A DNA stretch of 32,000 nt from Methylophaga frappieri (GCF_000260965.1 NC_017856.1:630001-662000); one strand, 5' to 3'; counted from the stretch's first letter, positions 16,529 to 29,999 are shown. The notes: generated from the sequence alone by a model not told the origin. Numbers and translations are program-made.

Positions 16529-19500
16529 TCACGGACTTTCCGCGTCAAACAATTGCATTTCCGGCGCATCCCATGGTCCAGTCAGGTTGTAGCGATAGCT
16601 GATGATGTCGACCAACTCACGATCAAAAAGCCGTCCGGCTATTTTATCGGCAATAAAGATGGCCGTACCAACCCCCAGTCCGACTGGGCCACCGGCAACC
16701 GCGCCAGCCAATGGCAATGTTGAAGAAACTTTGGGCGTAATTTGCACGATTTGGTTATAACTTCGGTCGACTAAGTTAACCGGCCCAGTCACATTAATTA
16801 CCGCTGTATCACCTCGCAACTGCAAATTATTCGTGGTCGCCAAACCGTTGGCAAACTCAAAACGTCCATCAATTTGGCTGAAGTCCAGACCCTGCCCAAA
16901 AAGGTCGCTAAAATCGAGAGACAGGCGACGTGGAATTGCTGTAAAACTGAGCAAACCAAAAATTCGCCCCGCTGCGCCCGGCTCAATTTCCTTCAAGGTG
17001 CCTTTGCGTGCTTCAACTTGCAGATTGCCGGTTAACGTTTTTCTGTCCATTGCCAGAGGCTGATCCGGCCAGTTAAATTGCCCCGAAACACGGACCGACT
17101 CAGCCTCTATCGCAGGTTGATAGCCAAGATCTGTCAATAAGGCTGCCATATCACTGCTGCTCAACTCTACGCGTAATTCCGTATTATCACCATCATCAGT
17201 ACGACGCCAATTACCGCTTGCCGTCGCTTGTAGTGACGGCGATTGTAAACTGGCGGAAACCAATTGCCACCGCATCGGCTCACGTAATGCAGTTGCCTGC
17301 AAACGCCCAAGCTGCATACCGTCAATACGCAGGTTGTTAATGTTCAACTGAAAACCAGGCCATAAAGGGGACTGGGATGGTTTTGCTTGCTGCGCAGTCG
17401 CCCCATCCGATGCTGGCAAGGGAAAATCAATGAAATCAAAGTTTAAGCTCGGCAACACATCGCCTGATGTTGGCCAGTTTATATTGCCTTGTAATTGCGT
17501 TGCCGAAAGTTGTAGTTGCCAAAAAGCGGCTTTTTTTTGGCCTTCAAGGTTGACCGCATCCAAAGTCAGCTTAGGCAGCTTGAGTTCCTCAAATTGTAGA
17601 TTCAACTTATCTGGTTGCCACACTGAGGACGCTGATTGACCAGATTGATTTGCAAGCCACTGTTGCCATGGTGCTAAATCCAGCGATGCCATTTGGCCGG
17701 ATACCGACACACCGGCGTCAGGTAGAGTCAGATCAGGCTTATTAAAACCAATAGCAACTTGCCAATCGTCTCCCTGCTGCCTTGCTGACGCACTGAGTCC
17801 ATTATCAAGCGATCCGTTTATGCGTAACGTATCCGCAGGTTCAATTTGTAATGACAACGGCATGGCTGTCTGCGCTGATTTATTAAATGGCGGTGGCAGT
17901 GACGATGCAATACCAATAAGGTCTGATTGCAAGTTGACCAAAACCGAAAAATCACCTAGCCCAGTCTCACGAATAGCAATACTCGCCGCTAATTCTGTTG
18001 TACCACTGATATCAGCCAGTAGCGGCATATCTAATTGCCAATGCGCTGCCAGGCTGGACACGGACGCACTGGTTTCAATGCTCACCAGTGTTTTGTCTTC
18101 GTCTGTGTCGACATTGACGCGAGCCGAATTAGCCAAAAACTGGGTTTGCACATCCGTAGCATACAGCCCGTCATTATCAAATTTCAGCGCCCCGTTAATT
18201 GATTGGAACTGCAATTTAGGTAAAGCGGTCAGCGTGAGCTGATTCCCTGTTAAGCCGATGTTACCCTGCACCTGCGTGTTATCGGGATCGAGCAGTGGCA
18301 CTGTTAGTGCCAAATCCAGGGTTGATTCGCCCTGCAGTGTCAATGATTCAGCCAGCGGTCCAAACCGCTCTGCAAGTGGACTGTTTTTTAAAAAATCCAT
18401 GCCGGACTGGGCCTGTCCCTGTAATTTTCCATCCACGGTCAATATTGGCAAACCGTTAATCAGGTTATCAATCTCGGCAGCAACGGTTGCAAACTCATAG
18501 CCGGCAATTTGACCTTGACTGGCCGCGATAGTCAGCTGATTATTATGACCGTCAACTTGTCCTGATACCTGCTCTAAAGGTGGCCAGCCTTCACCATAAT
18601 CGAGGGTAACCTGATGCACGGGCAAATGAAAACTGAAGTCGCCTGCGTCCGGTTTTGTGTCGAATGGAAATGCGCGCAAGTCACCATTGAGCTGAACATG
18701 ACCATCGATAATCTTGCCGGCAACAAAAGCCTCACGCGCCCAGTTTAAAAAGGTCGGCTCCAATATTGACTCCGGGACATACCGCAGCCAATTGGCTACC
18801 TGAAAATCGGCAATAGAAAGGCGCATGTCAGTTTCTGGTTCTGTCCCGCCTCGCCAGCTGCCATCGAGTATAAGATGCATATCGGGGTTAATAATCTGAA
18901 TCGCTTCAACCGCCAGTAGATCACCTGTCGATGCCGGCTGCCAACTCACCCTGCCACTGGCTTTATCAAAATACACGGTTTTCGGCAGTGTCTCGCTATA
19001 CAATGCAAGCGCTGTACTATTCAGTTCAATTTGTGCTTGTTGTTCATGCCACTGCACCTTCGCCGTCACGCCAGAGACCCCGGGGAAATCGCGATACGGC
19101 GCCGTCGCAACATTGCGAAATTCACCGCTTAAAACTTCCAGAGACTGCTCAGGGGATAAACGTAATTCAAACGCGGATACCTCACCAGCCGGGTCCAGCG
19201 CCGTCATCCAATCAGGTGTCGCAGAGGTAAGTTTGGCAATTTGACTCACATCACCAATCTGCATGAAGGAACTGGTAAGGGATACACCCGACTTCGGCGA
19301 GACGGCTATCTGCATTTCCGTCTCAGGCCATTCACGATTGTCGATATTCACAGCAAACTGATCCAATGCAAGCTGCCACTGAGACGCTTCGTGAATAAAG
19401 TCCAGTGCTGTTGAAAAACTATTCAGCGTAACTGCCAACTGTGGATCGTTTGCCGATTGCAGAACAATATCATCCCCCTCCATGGTGCCTACGACTGAAA

Positions 19501-20311
19501 ACATGTCGAGTTGTTTTATTGCGGTCAGGTTCAGCCCTGTCGTACCTTGATTAATCTGAATATCGGCAAGCGAACGCTGGCCAAGTAGTGCGGCTAATTC
19601 AATTTCACTGCCTGCAACCCTAACTTGCCAATGATCCAATGCAGGTTGCGCTGTAGACGCCTCAGCCTGAACCTGAATGGCTTCGCCCAAATGCACCGGT
19701 GGCTGAATATTGACGGAGCCTTTAATAAAACCGGCATCTTGAACGATTAGTCCATTTTCAAACTGATAGCGACCTGTCAGTTGTGGCCATTTTTCATCTT
19801 CATAATCAATGCTGGCCTCTGACACACTCACAGACTCGATGCCCAACGCCCGTTTTTGAAACGTTGCGATATCTTGACTACCCGTTGTGGCATGACCACC
19901 AGACAAATGGACTTTTCCTTGGCTATCTCGGCTAATCTGGGCTTGCAAGCCACTTACAGCAACGCTGTCGACGGCTAATTGCTGGTGCTGCAAACTGCTC
20001 AGCAAGTCCACCGCCACATCCAGATTGTCAAAAGATAATACCGGCTGACGCGTTTGCTGTGTGAGCACAGTCACGTCACTAAGTCGTAACTTGGGAATGA
20101 TATCTAGCCAGTAAATACGTGCATCGCCAATCTCAATATCATAACCACTTCGTTCACTGGCCCACGCTGCGATTTCCGCCTGTCTATCGGCAACCGCTTG
20201 TGAAAGCCAGTAACCACTAGCCAATATGAGAATCAAAATAACGGCAGCGATGGCGATCAACATGATCAATTGCCGACCGGCAATATGCAGACCTGTCAAC
20301 CACGATTTCAT
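16529..20311 (-). CDS. yhdP: YhdP-family (AsmA-like) large envelope protein
   Basis: 1260 aa with an N-terminal transmembrane anchor (IMLIAIAAVILILILASGYW). It is long and predicted beta-rich, and the C-terminal region (GPWDAPE) is typical of the YhdP/TIGR02099 family. Its size and its position between rng and tldD match E. coli yhdP. Confidence 0.88.
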   Translation of the reverse strand: MKSWLTGLHIAGRQLIMLIAIAAVILILILASGYWLSQAVADRQAEIAAWASERSGYDIEIGDARIYWLDIIPKLRLSDVTVLTQQTRQPVLSFDNLDVAVDLLSSLQHQQLAVDSVAVSGLQAQISRDSQGKVHLSGGHATTGSQDIATFQKRALGIESVSVSEASIDYEDEKWPQLTGRYQFENGLIVQDAGFIKGSVNIQPPVHLGEAIQVQAEASTAQPALDHWQVRVAGSEIELAALLGQRSLADIQINQGTTGLNLTAIKQLDMFSVVGTMEGDDIVLQSANDPQLAVTLNSFSTALDFIHEASQWQLALDQFAVNIDNREWPETEMQIAVSPKSGVSLTSSFMQIGDVSQIAKLTSATPDWMTALDPAGEVSAFELRLSPEQSLEVLSGEFRNVATAPYRDFPGVSGVTAKVQWHEQQAQIELNSTALALYSETLPKTVYFDKASGRVSWQPASTGDLLAVEAIQIINPDMHLILDGSWRGGTEPETDMRLSIADFQVANWLRYVPESILEPTFLNWAREAFVAGKIIDGHVQLNGDLRAFPFDTKPDAGDFSFHLPVHQVTLDYGEGWPPLEQVSGQVDGHNNQLTIAASQGQIAGYEFATVAAEIDNLINGLPILTVDGKLQGQAQSGMDFLKNSPLAERFGPLAESLTLQGESTLDLALTVPLLDPDNTQVQGNIGLTGNQLTLTALPKLQFQSINGALKFDNDGLYATDVQTQFLANSARVNVDTDEDKTLVSIETSASVSSLAAHWQLDMPLLADISGTTELAASIAIRETGLGDFSVLVNLQSDLIGIASSLPPPFNKSAQTAMPLSLQIEPADTLRINGSLDNGLSASARQQGDDWQVAIGFNKPDLTLPDAGVSVSGQMASLDLAPWQQWLANQSGQSASSVWQPDKLNLQFEELKLPKLTLDAVNLEGQKKAAFWQLQLSATQLQGNINWPTSGDVLPSLNFDFIDFPLPASDGATAQQAKPSQSPLWPGFQLNINNLRIDGMQLGRLQATALREPMRWQLVSASLQSPSLQATASGNWRRTDDGDNTELRVELSSSDMAALLTDLGYQPAIEAESVRVSGQFNWPDQPLAMDRKTLTGNLQVEARKGTLKEIEPGAAGRIFGLLSFTAIPRRLSLDFSDLFGQGLDFSQIDGRFEFANGLATTNNLQLRGDTAVINVTGPVNLVDRSYNQIVQITPKVSSTLPLAGAVAGGPVGLGVGTAIFIADKIAGRLFDRELVDIISYRYNLTGPWDAPEMQLFDAESP

Positions 20312-20312
20312 A

Positions 20313-21782
20313 TTACATCAGCACCACGTTGTACTGTTCTCGACCATATTGAGGTTCACATTGAAACAGAATGGGTTTACCAATTAACTGTTCCAGTTCT
20401 GCTACTTTCGTGGAGTCTTCATCATTAAGTCTATCAATGACATCTTGTGACGCTAAAATCAAAAACTGTTTTGACTCATATTGCTTGGACTCTCTGAGAA
20501 TTTCGCGAAAAATTTCATAGCAGACGGTTTCGACATTTTTGGTATATCCCCGTCCCTGACAGCTTGGACAGGGTTCACACAGAATATGGCCCAGACTTTC
20601 CCGAGTGCGTTTACGCGTCATCTCAACCAACCCCAACTCCGATACCGCACTGATCTTGTGTTTGGCACGATCCGTTTGCATGGCTTGTTCCAAGGCACGC
20701 AGCACTTGTTCGCGATGACTGAGTTCAATCATGTCAATAAAGTCGATAATGATGATGCCGCCGAGATTCCTTACCCGCAGTTGACGAGCAATCGCATGCG
20801 CCGCTTCCAAGTTCGTTTTGAAAATGGTTTCCTCAAGGTTTTTATGGCCAACAAAGCCGCCGGTATTGACGTCAATCGTTGTCATCGCCTCGGTTTGGTC
20901 GAAGATTAAATAGCCACCGGATTTAAGTAAAACCTTGCGCTCTAAAGCCTTTTGGATTTCATCCTCAACACTAAACAAATCAAATAAAGGACGCGGCCCT
21001 GGGTACCACTCTAACCTGTTCAGACATTCCGGCATGACGCTATCGGCAAAATGACAGGCCGCCTGATAACTTTCTTTTGCATCAATGCGGATACGTTCAA
21101 TTTCTGGCGTGATTAAGTCGCGTAAGGCGCGTAGTGCCAATGGCAGATCTTCGTAAAGCGCTTCACCACAGGCTAATTGTTTGCGCCGCTCAGTCAGTTT
21201 TTGCCAGAGCCGATGTAAAAACTGAAGATCGGCGGCAATCTCAGCCTCACTCCCGCCCTCAGCAGCTGTCCGCATGATATATCCGCCAGAAGAAATAGGC
21301 ATTTTCTCAAGCAGACACTGTTTTAAGCGCTCCCGTTCCGCTTCATCTTCTATTTTCAATGAAATACCGATTCCTTCTGCTTCTGGCATATACACCAGAT
21401 AGCGTGAAGACACCGATAATTGTGTGGTCAAACGTGCTCCTTTCGTACCCATGGGGTCTTTAATGACCTGCACCATGAGTTCCTGCCCCTCTCTGAGCAG
21501 ACTGGTAATTGGCGGAGTCACGGCACTGGCTTCTAGATCTCCCGTCTGTCCTTTTGGAATCGAAATATCAGAGGCGTGTAAAAAAGCAGCACGTGGCAAA
21601 CCGATTTCAACAAATGCGGCTTGCATGCCGGGCAAGACACGGCAAACCTTACCTTTGTAGATGTTGCCTACCAGCCCACGGGACTCACTGCGCTCAATGA
21701 ACACTTCCTGCAAAACGCCGTTTTCAACGACAGCGGCACGGGTTTCACTGGGCGTCACATTAATCAGCAGTTCACTACTCAT
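20313..21782 (-). CDS. rng: Ribonuclease G
   Basis: S1 domain (GNIYKGKVCRVLPGMQAAFVEIG) and an RNase E/G catalytic core (IDVNTGGFVG, GGIIIIDFIDM, and the CPSCQGRG zinc-link motif). The preferred start is the ATG at 21782 (MSSELLINVTP), overlapping the maf 3' end by 8 nt. The track ORF starts 13 codons upstream. Confidence 0.93.
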   Translation of the reverse strand: MSSELLINVTPSETRAAVVENGVLQEVFIERSESRGLVGNIYKGKVCRVLPGMQAAFVEIGLPRAAFLHASDISIPKGQTGDLEASAVTPPITSLLREGQELMVQVIKDPMGTKGARLTTQLSVSSRYLVYMPEAEGIGISLKIEDEAERERLKQCLLEKMPISSGGYIMRTAAEGGSEAEIAADLQFLHRLWQKLTERRKQLACGEALYEDLPLALRALRDLITPEIERIRIDAKESYQAACHFADSVMPECLNRLEWYPGPRPLFDLFSVEDEIQKALERKVLLKSGGYLIFDQTEAMTTIDVNTGGFVGHKNLEETIFKTNLEAAHAIARQLRVRNLGGIIIIDFIDMIELSHREQVLRALEQAMQTDRAKHKISAVSELGLVEMTRKRTRESLGHILCEPCPSCQGRGYTKNVETVCYEIFREILRESKQYESKQFLILASQDVIDRLNDEDSTKVAELEQLIGKPILFQCEPQYGREQYNVVLM

Positions 21783-22365
21783 TCGGAGATTCCATACCTT
21801 GCAATAATTGGCGGGTTTCAAACAACGGCAACCCCATAATGCCCGAGTAACTGCCCGTTATATTCTCAATAAACTGGGCTGCCAGGCCCTGAACAGCGTA
21901 ACCACCGGCTTTATCGTTGCCCTCTCCTGTACCAATATACCAATCAATTTCTGCCGCCGTCAGTTGGCAAAATGTCACTGTATTCCACTGAAGTCGGCAT
22001 TGCAGTGCTGTCCCGTTCAATACAGTCACCGCAGTAATGACTTGGTGTGTTGTACCAGAAAGCCTCTGCATGAATGATCGGGCCATAGATTCATCGACAG
22101 GCTTGCCCAGGATCTCATTACCAACTACAACGGCCGTATCAGCAGCCAGGATGGGTTTGCGTGTTAATTGCTGCTCCTGCATTTTCTGCCAACCTGCTTG
22201 AACTTTGTTAGTGGTTACCCGTTTGACATAGTCCTCAGGCAATTCATTGGCCATCACCGACTCATCCGTTGTTACTGCCAGTACGTCAAAAGAGATTGCC
22301 AATTGCGCCAAAAGTTCGCGGCGTCGTGGTGATCCAGAAGCAAGATAAATGCGTGGAAATCTCAT
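21775..22365 (-). CDS. maf: Maf-like nucleoside triphosphate pyrophosphatase (YhdE type)
   Basis: IYLASGSPRRRELL N-terminal motif, with KAGGYAVQG near the C-terminus. It lies upstream of rng, as in E. coli. The start overlaps the rlmH stop as ATGA. Confidence 0.9.
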   Translation of the reverse strand: MRFPRIYLASGSPRRRELLAQLAISFDVLAVTTDESVMANELPEDYVKRVTTNKVQAGWQKMQEQQLTRKPILAADTAVVVGNEILGKPVDESMARSFMQRLSGTTHQVITAVTVLNGTALQCRLQWNTVTFCQLTAAEIDWYIGTGEGNDKAGGYAVQGLAAQFIENITGSYSGIMGLPLFETRQLLQGMESPNE

Positions 22366-22832
22366 GCCCGATGATAGGGATGATTATTTAAAAGCGACCA
22401 GGCACGATATATTTGTTCAGCCATAATCACACGGACTAGCGGATGGGGCATAGTAAGTGCCGACAGTGACCAGAGCTGGTTTGCTCTTGCCATGCATTCT
22501 GCCGATAAACCATCGGGACCGCCAACCAAAAAACTGACATCTTGACCACGTTGTTGCCAGGCAGCAAGCTCGGCGGCCAATGCCGGCGTACTCCAAGGCT
22601 TTCCCTCAACAGCCAGCGCTACCACATGATCCTGTTCAGATAGCGCTGACAGCAATCGTTTGCCTTCATCTTGCTTCCATTGCTCTGCATGACCGGTCTT
22701 GCCTCTTTTTGCCGGCACAATTTCCGTCAATTGCAGGGAACAATCACGAGGTAATCGTCGAGCGTACTCCTGATAGCCATCAGTCACCCACTGCGGCATT
22801 TTGTGACCAACAGCGAGGAGTTTTAGCTTCAT
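22362..22832 (-). CDS. rlmH: 23S rRNA (pseudouridine1915-N3)-methyltransferase RlmH
   Basis: 156 aa in the SPOUT family. MKLKLLAVGHKMPQWV and the C-terminal MPHPLVRVIMAEQIYRAWSLLNNHPYHR match RlmH/YbeA. The start overlaps the rsfS stop as ATGA. Confidence 0.95.
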   Translation of the reverse strand: MKLKLLAVGHKMPQWVTDGYQEYARRLPRDCSLQLTEIVPAKRGKTGHAEQWKQDEGKRLLSALSEQDHVVALAVEGKPWSTPALAAELAAWQQRGQDVSFLVGGPDGLSAECMARANQLWSLSALTMPHPLVRVIMAEQIYRAWSLLNNHPYHRA

Positions 22833-23179
22833 TCACCGTCTGCCGCCGTCTGCTTGTTTTCAACCCGCCATAACTTTTCCAGGTTATAAGTCGCACGGGT
22901 AGGTGCCGTCATGATATGGGTAATGACATCTCCCAGATCAACCAACGCCCACTCCCCAACATCTTCACCTTCAATACCGAGCGGTTGAACCCCAGCGGCT
23001 TTAGCCTGAACCGCCACTTCATTGGCAAGGGCTTTCACCTGACGGTTTGAATTGCCGGTGGCAATAATCATATAGTCACAAACATCAGTCATATCAGTGA
23101 CTTCGAGTACCGTAATATCCTGTGCTTTGATTGATTCCAAGGCATCAAGTACCAGTAATTTCAAATGTTCTGCCTGCAT
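22829..23179 (-). CDS. rsfS: Ribosomal silencing factor RsfS
   Basis: The RsfS/YbeB pattern is present (KAQDITVLEV...DYMIIATGNSNRQVKALA...WALVDLGDVITHIM...R.YNLEKLW). The preferred start is the ATG at 23179, with a GGAGA Shine-Dalgarno sequence 4 nt upstream. The track ORF adds 21 codons. Confidence 0.9.
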   Translation of the reverse strand: MQAEHLKLLVLDALESIKAQDITVLEVTDMTDVCDYMIIATGNSNRQVKALANEVAVQAKAAGVQPLGIEGEDVGEWALVDLGDVITHIMTAPTRATYNLEKLWRVENKQTAADGE

Positions 23180-23210
23180 GGCATCTCCATTGGTTAACAT
23201 CAGTTTTAGT

Positions 23211-24041
23211 TTAGCGCATGTCGCCTTTGGCGTCTGCGTCATTTCCGGGTGCAGGAAAAATGGATGGGCTTTTTCCGGTCAGATAGTACACCACCAAACC
23301 CAACCACTCCCGGCATGCCAGCTCTAGATTTTTCCAATTAGATAAGGGTTGGAAACGGAGCTTTCTATACGCACCGGACTCGGTTCGATAATCGACTGGA
23401 TAGGGAGTTAGCTTTAGTCCCTGCTGACGTGCCGCACCAATCGCTCTTGGCATATGAAATGCGGACGTAATCAACAGATAATAACCATCGCGGGGTAACA
23501 CTTGAGATAAATTCTGCATATTTTCGGCCGTATTGCGACTTTGCTGCTCGATCCTCACTTGTTCAGCAGGTAAGCCGGCAACCTGCATCACACGCCGGTG
23601 AATCGCGGCCACTTGCGCATGATCTGTCATCGTCAACGCGGCGCTGCCACCACTTACCCACACCGGTGTTTCTGGAAAGGTTCTGGCCAGTTGCGCTGCC
23701 ACCAGATAACGCTCTGCGGCTTCCCCTACTTCTGCACCACTATGACTTAGTGATACCGTCATATCTTCTGCTCCGCCAAGCACAATCAGGGCATCAGGTA
23801 TCTGCTCAGTTAGGGCTGGAGCGGCGAACCGGTTCTCTAGTTTACCAAGCAGCATATCGCCCCAAGGATAAAAACTGGTCAGCACCAGTAAAAGGGATAA
23901 ACCACATAATCCAACTTTGGCCGTGCGTATCCAGCCGACCAACAAGAAAATTGTTGCCAGCACAACACCCCATACTATCCATGCTGTTGGACTGACTAAC
24001 ATCCAGCCAATTTTTGATAATGTGAAAAAATCTGCTTGCAT
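23211..24041 (-). CDS. DUF218 (ElyC/YdcF/SanA family) membrane protein
   Basis: Two N-terminal hydrophobic helices are followed by DUF218 motifs DALIVLGGAEDM and LLITSAFHMPRA. The start is either the ATG at 24041, sharing 1 nt with the nadD TGA, or the GTG at 24044. Confidence 0.8.
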   Translation of the reverse strand: MQADFFTLSKIGWMLVSPTAWIVWGVVLATIFLLVGWIRTAKVGLCGLSLLLVLTSFYPWGDMLLGKLENRFAAPALTEQIPDALIVLGGAEDMTVSLSHSGAEVGEAAERYLVAAQLARTFPETPVWVSGGSAALTMTDHAQVAAIHRRVMQVAGLPAEQVRIEQQSRNTAENMQNLSQVLPRDGYYLLITSAFHMPRAIGAARQQGLKLTPYPVDYRTESGAYRKLRFQPLSNWKNLELACREWLGLVVYYLTGKSPSIFPAPGNDADAKGDMR

Positions 24042-24715
24042 CACCTGTCAGTTGGATACAGACCAAGTTGATCCATCGCGGTCAACACCGTCTCAGGCAG
24101 CAAAAACTGAACCGATCCCCCTGCAGCACGTTGTGCTCTGATGGTAGTTGCGGAAATCGCCAAAGGCGTGACATCCAGCGTCCAGACTTTTCCTTCGGTC
24201 AGATTGATATCGGCTGATTTGGCAAGATGCGTTTGCAACCATGCTGCCATGGTAGTCGAGAGATCCAGCGCCTCACCAGCGCGTCTGACAACGACGATAT
24301 GGGCATATTGCAAGAGGGACTGCCAATCACGCCAAGTATCCAATTGTCGGAAATTATCACTGCCTACGATTAAATACAGTGATTGCTGCGGATAATCCTC
24401 ACGAAGCGCACGCACAGTATCAATGCTATAGGAAGGCCCTGCACGGTTTAGCTCGATATCGTCGACAATTAAAGATGGACAGCTTTTCACCGCCAACTCC
24501 AACAACAAACGACGCGCTTTGCCGTCCGTAGTCGGCTGAGAGCGATGCGGCGGCACATGACAAGGCACCAATCGCACATGATCCAGATTTAACTGTTGGC
24601 ACACCTCAAGGGCAATACGCAAATGACCAAAATGGACCGGATCAAAGGTGCCACCAAAAATACCAATCCCGGTTGGTAAGCCGTTATTTTCGAATTTGGC
24701 CACTACCCAACACAA
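24041..24715 (-). CDS. nadD: Nicotinate-nucleotide adenylyltransferase NadD
   Basis: [15 protein letters not shown] nucleotidyltransferase (H/T)xGH motif and a C-terminal ISATTIR motif. The start is uncertain. The track uses the TTG at 24715, and a GTG at 24703 is also possible. Both overlap the proA 3' end. Confidence 0.9.
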   Translation of the reverse strand: MCWVVAKFENNGLPTGIGIFGGTFDPVHFGHLRIALEVCQQLNLDHVRLVPCHVPPHRSQPTTDGKARRLLLELAVKSCPSLIVDDIELNRAGPSYSIDTVRALREDYPQQSLYLIVGSDNFRQLDTWRDWQSLLQYAHIVVVRRAGEALDLSTTMAAWLQTHLAKSADINLTEGKVWTLDVTPLAISATTIRAQRAAGGSVQFLLPETVLTAMDQLGLYPTDR

Positions 24716-25943
24716 TCCATTTTTGAGAAGTCAGCCCTTCCAGACCAACCGGGCCGCGAGCGTGCAATTTGTCCGTGGAAATTCCAATTTCTGCGCCTAA
24801 GCCATATTCAAATCCATCTGCAAACCGCGTCGAGGCGTTCACCATGACCGAACTGGAATCCACTTCCCGTAGGAAGCGTCTTGCCAACCCATAGTTTTCC
24901 GTCACGATGGTTTCGGTATGCCCCGAACTGTACTGATGAATGTGATCCATCGCCTCATCAATATTCTGGACAATACGTATTGAGAGAACTGGCGCCAAGT
25001 ATTCTGTATTCCAATCTTCCTCTGTGGCGACATCGATCTCTGGCAAAATCTTCCTGGTCTCGGCACAGCCCCGAAGCACGACGCCTTCATTACGAAATTG
25101 CTCAGCCAGCGTGGGTAATAATTGCGCAGCAATTTGTCCGTTTACGAGTAAGGTTTCCATGGCATTACAGACACCATATCGGTGGCATTTGGCATTGAAA
25201 GCAATATCAGTTGCCATACTGAGATCTGCTTCAGCATCAACATAAACATGACAAATACCATCCAGATGTTTGATAACCGGCACGCGAGCATCCTGACTGA
25301 TTCTTTCGATTAGACCTTTGCCACCTCGCGGTACAATGACATCAACATACTCCGGCAAAGTGATTAATTGACCGACTGCTTCGCGATCTGTTGTCTCCAC
25401 CAATTGCACGGCTGTTTCCGGCAAGCCGGCGTCACGCAAACCATACTGCACGCATTGCGCGATGGCTTTATTTGAATGCAGTGCCTCGCTGCCACCTCGC
25501 AAGATAGTGGCATTGCCTGATTTAAGACAAAGACCCGCCGCATCAACCGTCACATTGGGTCGTGACTCATAAATGATACCAATCACGCCCAGCGGCACCC
25601 GCATTTGACCCAGCTGGATACCAGACGGCCGGTAAGTCAGGCCACTAATTTCACCAACGGGATCCGGTAACGCAGCAATTTCCCGCAGGCCCGTTGCCAT
25701 GGCGTTAATTCGCGCTGGCGTCAGCGTCAACCTGTCCAATAATGCCGCGTCCAATCCTTTTTGTTTACCGGCGTCCAAATCCAGCTGATTCGCAGACTGC
25801 AAAGCACTGGCTTGATTTTCCACATGATCCGCAATCGCATGTAAAGCATGATTTTTTGCGGCCGTTTCGGCTTTGGCCAGCACCCGGCTCGCTTGCCGCG
25901 CTTGTTGACCAAGCTGTTCTATATATTGATAAATATCCACCAT
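24684..25943 (-). CDS. proA: Gamma-glutamyl phosphate reductase ProA
   Basis: Aldehyde-dehydrogenase fold with ProA motifs ([65 protein letters not shown]). The preferred start is the ATG at 25943 (MVDIYQY), with an AGGA sequence 3 nt upstream. The track starts at the TTG at 25955. Confidence 0.95.
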   Translation of the reverse strand: MVDIYQYIEQLGQQARQASRVLAKAETAAKNHALHAIADHVENQASALQSANQLDLDAGKQKGLDAALLDRLTLTPARINAMATGLREIAALPDPVGEISGLTYRPSGIQLGQMRVPLGVIGIIYESRPNVTVDAAGLCLKSGNATILRGGSEALHSNKAIAQCVQYGLRDAGLPETAVQLVETTDREAVGQLITLPEYVDVIVPRGGKGLIERISQDARVPVIKHLDGICHVYVDAEADLSMATDIAFNAKCHRYGVCNAMETLLVNGQIAAQLLPTLAEQFRNEGVVLRGCAETRKILPEIDVATEEDWNTEYLAPVLSIRIVQNIDEAMDHIHQYSSGHTETIVTENYGLARRFLREVDSSSVMVNASTRFADGFEYGLGAEIGISTDKLHARGPVGLEGLTSQKWIVLGSGQIRK

Positions 25944-25965
25944 TATTCCTATCAAATCACCCTGC

Positions 25966-26997
25966 TCAATTGCGTTGTAATAAGGGCACTGCGGTTAGTT
26001 GCAAACACAGTTGCTCAAGTAACCGCCAGGCATCGTCACAATCTGGACGTCCTTTTGCAGACTGATCAATTTCCGCCAATAACGACAAAAAGCGTCGCCA
26101 ATGGTTTGGTTCGTGACGCTTGATTGTTTGCAAAGTCACTTGTTGACTCTTTTCCGGCACGCGCGGCTGCTGACTCGAAAAAACCGCTCGGGCCGGAACG
26201 CCAGATGCCAGCTGCAAAGCCATATCCGCATGCCGCTGCACGGCCCAGGAAATCGCTGACAAAACGGACAGGATATCCAGACCTTCCGCACGGATACGCG
26301 CCAAAACGCGCGGAACCTTACTGACTTGGCCAGCCTGAATCACATCCATCAGACCAAACGCACCAAATCGCGCATTGTCTGCCACACTCTCAACGACCAA
26401 TTGCTGCGTCACCCTGCCATTATCGCTTAGCAGGCCGAGTTTATCGATTTCTTGCGCTGCCGCAAACAAATTGCCCTCAAGACGTTCGGCCAGTAAATTA
26501 GCGACCGATAAATCGGCCTGCAAACCACGCGATTTCATCCGCTGAAAAATCCATTGTGGTAACGCCGAAAACGGTATTGGCCAGATCGGGATAGTCCAAC
26601 CCGCCGCATCCAGTCCGGTAAACCATTTACTTTTTTGAGAACGGGCATCAATTTTGCCACTGATAATCAACAAACTGATTTCCGCTGGCGCCAGTTCAAC
26701 AAACCGCTGCAGCCACGCCCCGCCCTCTTTACCCGGCGCACCCTTTGGTAAGCGGATTTCAATCAACTTATGACTGGCAAATAACGATAAATTATCATGC
26801 TCAAGCGGGATTTGTGACCAGTCAAATCGACCTTCAACATGCCACACTTGCCGCTCTGAAATTGCCTGCTGTTGCGCTTTTTCACGTACCTGACTGGCCG
26901 CTTCTTCAACCAGAAACGTTTCCTCACCAAAAATCAGCGTGATTTTTGGCCAGTGTTGGGACAGGCGTTGAGCGAGCTGTTCAGGTCTAAGCCGCAT
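25966..26997 (-). CDS. holA: DNA polymerase III delta subunit HolA
   Basis: 343 aa. The N-terminal region ([12 protein letters not shown]...[13 protein letters not shown]) and the overall pattern are typical of HolA. The conserved position after lptE and leuS matches the E. coli order leuS-lptE-holA-nadD. Confidence 0.88.
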   Translation of the reverse strand: MRLRPEQLAQRLSQHWPKITLIFGEETFLVEEAASQVREKAQQQAISERQVWHVEGRFDWSQIPLEHDNLSLFASHKLIEIRLPKGAPGKEGGAWLQRFVELAPAEISLLIISGKIDARSQKSKWFTGLDAAGWTIPIWPIPFSALPQWIFQRMKSRGLQADLSVANLLAERLEGNLFAAAQEIDKLGLLSDNGRVTQQLVVESVADNARFGAFGLMDVIQAGQVSKVPRVLARIRAEGLDILSVLSAISWAVQRHADMALQLASGVPARAVFSSQQPRVPEKSQQVTLQTIKRHEPNHWRRFLSLLAEIDQSAKGRPDCDDAWRLLEQLCLQLTAVPLLQRN

Positions 26998-27006
26998 CAG
27001 CCAGCG

Positions 27007-27510
27007 TTATTTGAGTGCAGATAAACGACGGACAATCGCCTGACTGACTTGCTCATACATTTCTTCGATGAGAATTTCTTCCTCCGCATCGCGGCCAAGC
27101 ACCTGTTGCGGGTTGAATTGGTAGTCGCGGCGCGCTTCAAACCGTTCTTGCTCAGCCAGCCTGTTTTGCTGTGCATCACTGAGGTTGTAAACCACACTCA
27201 AAATCAATTCGTATTCTGCAACTTTGGCGGTTTGCACACCGACTGACATCACCCGTCGTTCCAGCTTATTCTCGGTGAAGGTCATCAATGCCGCCCCGTC
27301 ACGATATTCATCAATCACCTTGACATCATTGCGATTCAGTATGCGTTTTAAGCGTAAACCCAAACCGTCACGAATATTTATCCCTTGAATGTAGAGCGTT
27401 TCAATACTGTCAGGCATCGCGGCGGCGCCTCGTAACTGAAAACCACAGGCAACCATTAGCAAACTGAGCGTCGCAACCAATAATAATCTCAGCGCATTCA
27501 TCTTTATCAT
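27007..27510 (-). CDS. lptE: LPS assembly lipoprotein LptE
   Basis: Lipoprotein signal with the lipobox LLMVACGFQLRG, the same CGF(H/Q)LRG motif as E. coli LptE. A strong GGAGGA Shine-Dalgarno sequence lies 8 nt upstream of the ATG at 27510. It lies directly downstream of leuS. Confidence 0.88.
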   Translation of the reverse strand: MIKMNALRLLLVATLSLLMVACGFQLRGAAAMPDSIETLYIQGINIRDGLGLRLKRILNRNDVKVIDEYRDGAALMTFTENKLERRVMSVGVQTAKVAEYELILSVVYNLSDAQQNRLAEQERFEARRDYQFNPQQVLGRDAEEEILIEEMYEQVSQAIVRRLSALK

Positions 27511-27527
27511 GCGGCGTTTCCTCCGAA

Positions 27528-29999
<2,472 letters not shown>

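Noticed and set aside
26997-27197. 66 aa minus-strand ORF overlapping the 3' end of lptE
   Set aside because: It is out of frame within lptE, has no motif, and is highly basic and low in complexity. It is a shadow ORF.
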